Shown: one piece after another, positions 61,672-64,000 of the stretch
How positions within the stretch are numbered: the stretch's first letter is position 1
Layout of the letters: each line of letters starts with the position of its first letter
NCBI GenBank assembly: GCA_027923505.1
Contig: BROI01000014.1
Span: 248,001-312,000, forward strand
Direction of reading: 5' to 3'
DNA from: Mayamaea pseudoterrestris
Taxonomy: Eukaryota
DNA length: 64,000 nucleotides
Translations under genes and position numbers: made by a program
Notes under the pieces: model-generated
The model's database searches: none
The model's input: the letters and a program-made list of their open reading frames with translations, nothing else
What the model was told of the DNA's origin: nothing

Positions 61672-62592
61672 GGCAAATGTAGTATGGCCAGAGAATTAAT
61701 TATGCGCGTAATAGCGCTTGCAATGAGGTGAGTTGTCATGGGTCAACGAGGAGTCGAGGTCTGCTGTCTGCTCGATGAGTTTCGGAAGAAGACTTTCGCG
61801 AGGAGATTGACAAAAATGTCGGTCACATGACCGTTCACAGATGAGGTATTCACGTCACAAATACGTATTTGTGACATGGAACCCGAAGTGGACACATTTG
61901 TGATCCACAACGAATGACTCCGCTGGAGTATTTTTATCCATTCGTAGTTTATACGAGTGCTTTAGTAAGTTACGAGTACTGCCGTATGCGTATGCAAATA
62001 ACATTTCGGTAATGCATCCCATCCTACCAACCGGAAGCTTTGCGCAGTCCAAAATATATGAGTTGCTATTTCAGTGCATTTGGCGGTGGCACGACTTACC
62101 AGCTCTCCAATGCTTGGAGCGCAAGATTTGCTCGTTTCATTTGCTGTTAGTGAAACCATTTACAGCCCATATATCGAGCTCCATGAGCAGGAAGCTATAG
62201 TATAAAGTGCAAATTGCCGGTACTTCGAGAGGCACCTTTTCCGGCTTTCGTCGAATGGACGGGGGTTTCAAATTAATCGTGAAAAAATTAATCAACTTTC
62301 GACTTCCGAGGCAGGCTACGCATCGCCAAAATGGTAGCACTACTTCCGCGACTTTCACTTGATCATGTTTAGCAGCGGTAGACGCGGAACTGCAAGTAAT
62401 GTCGATGATCTTGGCGGGGATCAGAATTAAAGTTAGACAATCCGATGAGTTACGTAGCTGATAACACCGAGTGTCGCTCCGGTTCTGTCACACCCTCGTC
62501 ACTTTCCACATCATCGCGAAAGCTGCTCGAAGATGAGCAAGGTCTGCGCAGCTTTTTTGCATCGACGCATCCATTATATATCAACGACCAAG

Positions 62593-63618
62593 ATGCAAGT
62601 CTATACACTAGTAGCGTTAATAAGCTGCTGGAGTGGTTCTCATGCGTTTATAACGCAGCAGCACTTGTCTCCGCCGCGGCATTTCGCTTCTTCTCAATAT
62701 TCTTTGGAACAACACACATCGAATGCAGCACACCGTCAGATGAGTCAACGGCATGGAGCCGTCAGCAGCAGCAAGGTGGACATGAATACTTACAATCTCA
62801 ATGATCTAGAAACCATTGCCTCGGAATGGACTGCCAATGTCCTTCCAAAGACTGATTTTCTTGAAGCTGGAATTTACCTTGGGGCAAAGAATAGCAAGGA
62901 GCTCTTTGTCGATACGATCAAACTGACGCTGCCTCGACGAATAGGACAAGGCATGGGACTAGAACTGCTGGAGCTAGCGGGTGGACGCGAGGATGGCAAA
63001 GGCATTACCATTGTATCGGGCATTGTCGAGGGCGGGTGTGCCGACGGTTCAAACGTTTTGCCAGGCGATTCCATCATCGAAGTTGCTGTCGTCAAGCAGA
63101 GTCAAACCTTTGATAATGGCATGACTGAAACGGAAGAAACGACTGCAGTTGTGACAGAATGCTTGGACTGGGATGGAACCATAGATGCCATCAAGTCACT
63201 GCCGCCACCCGAGAATGACAACGAAACGTTACAATTGACTGTGAAACGCCTTCGACGTAAGCCAAAGGTCAAGCTCCAGCTACAATATCCACCTGAAATG
63301 AACGAGCCTGACATTAAACTGGAGCTATTCGCCGGTGAAAACTTGCGACGGGCCATGCTTGTGCGTGGCGTGAAACTGAACGATCCCTTGTCCAAGCGCT
63401 TCGACAGCGGAGGCTCGGGCGACTGCGGAGCGGAAGGCACCTGCGCCACTTGCGCCGTTTCCATTGTTCGAGGAGACGAATTGCTGAGTCCGCAGGGAGT
63501 TCAAGAGTCGCAAATCTTTGTCAAGCATCCGCGATGGAGAATGGCGTGTAAAGCAATCGTTGGACAGGGCATGCGTGAGGGTGACCTTGTCGTTCGCATC
63601 AATCCTCGGCAGTGGTAG
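62593..63618 (+). CDS. Plastid-targeted PDZ-like plus 2Fe-2S ferredoxin-domain protein
   Basis: Presequence (…SHAF), GMGLELLE..ITIVSGIVEGGCA..VLPGDSI, and CGAEGTCATC…WRMAC. Confidence 0.8.
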   Translation: MQVYTLVALISCWSGSHAFITQQHLSPPRHFASSQYSLEQHTSNAAHRQMSQRHGAVSSSKVDMNTYNLNDLETIASEWTANVLPKTDFLEAGIYLGAKNSKELFVDTIKLTLPRRIGQGMGLELLELAGGREDGKGITIVSGIVEGGCADGSNVLPGDSIIEVAVVKQSQTFDNGMTETEETTAVVTECLDWDGTIDAIKSLPPPENDNETLQLTVKRLRRKPKVKLQLQYPPEMNEPDIKLELFAGENLRRAMLVRGVKLNDPLSKRFDSGGSGDCGAEGTCATCAVSIVRGDELLSPQGVQESQIFVKHPRWRMACKAIVGQGMREGDLVVRINPRQW

Positions 63619-63758
63619 AGCGATATATTATGTGCATATATTGGGAACTGACTATCTCATCCTCGCCAATGATTATTATACTAATACGACGCTAACGAGT
63701 TTAACTGGTAGTACTTTACAGCCAATCCATCCATGCGTAGCACTAGCTATTCCGCGAC

Positions 63759-64000
63759 TTAAAACGCACGCAACCATTCCCTTCCACTCAATCCCGGATA
63801 AAACTTGGGTCTAAAGTCTTGCCAATCCAGCTTTGCAATCAACCACTGTCCATCAGAGTCTCTCACTTCCAGCTGCAACCCCATGGTCACCAACAAGTTG
63901 TCGGACGACTTGTCTCGCAACTGCACCTCGACAAAGGCCTGTCCTTCCTGATAGTCGACGGGATCACTGGGAAAGTACGCGACAAAGTCTTCCGCCTTGC
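63759..64000 (-). CDS. 3' end of a hypothetical protein running off the window edge
   Basis: Open frame KAEDFVAYFPSDPVDY…WQDFRPKFYPGLSGREWLRAF* ends in TAA at 63759-63761. Confidence 0.55.
   Translation of the reverse strand, partial: KAEDFVAYFPSDPVDYQEGQAFVEVQLRDKSSDNLLVTMGLQLEVRDSDGQWLIAKLDWQDFRPKFYPGLSGREWLRAF

Overview
Eukaryotic, gene-dense window with short GT-AG introns. Gene content (bipartite plastid-type presequences, ISIP2a/FEA1-like, alpha-CA-like and LRR proteins) suggests a diatom or related stramenopile; this is an inference. The flanks (1-19.8 kb and 34.5-64 kb) hold about 25 ordinary host genes, including a hybrid histidine kinase, presenilin, ABC-F, RBR E3 ligase, MLH1, PNPase, U2AF65, ERG4-type reductase, sulfatase, PLP decarboxylase, SDR and a PDZ-ferredoxin. 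The centre holds a Ty1/copia LTR retrotransposon (270-bp TG..CA LTRs, GCGCG TSD) inserted into the third member of a local gene family. It appears twice within a ~7.3-kb tandem duplication whose error pattern looks like an assembly artefact. The most striking element is nested in the copia gag-pol ORF: a 676-bp non-coding TRIM-like element. It has identical 206-bp LTRs with TA..TA termini, a 4-bp AATT TSD, a PBS and a PPT. Each LTR carries a tRNA-like Pol III cassette (B-box T-arm, closing stem, T4), and the predicted 3' end of that RNA is complementary to the element's own PBS. Two host genes each carry a single in-frame TGA at a probable Arg position.
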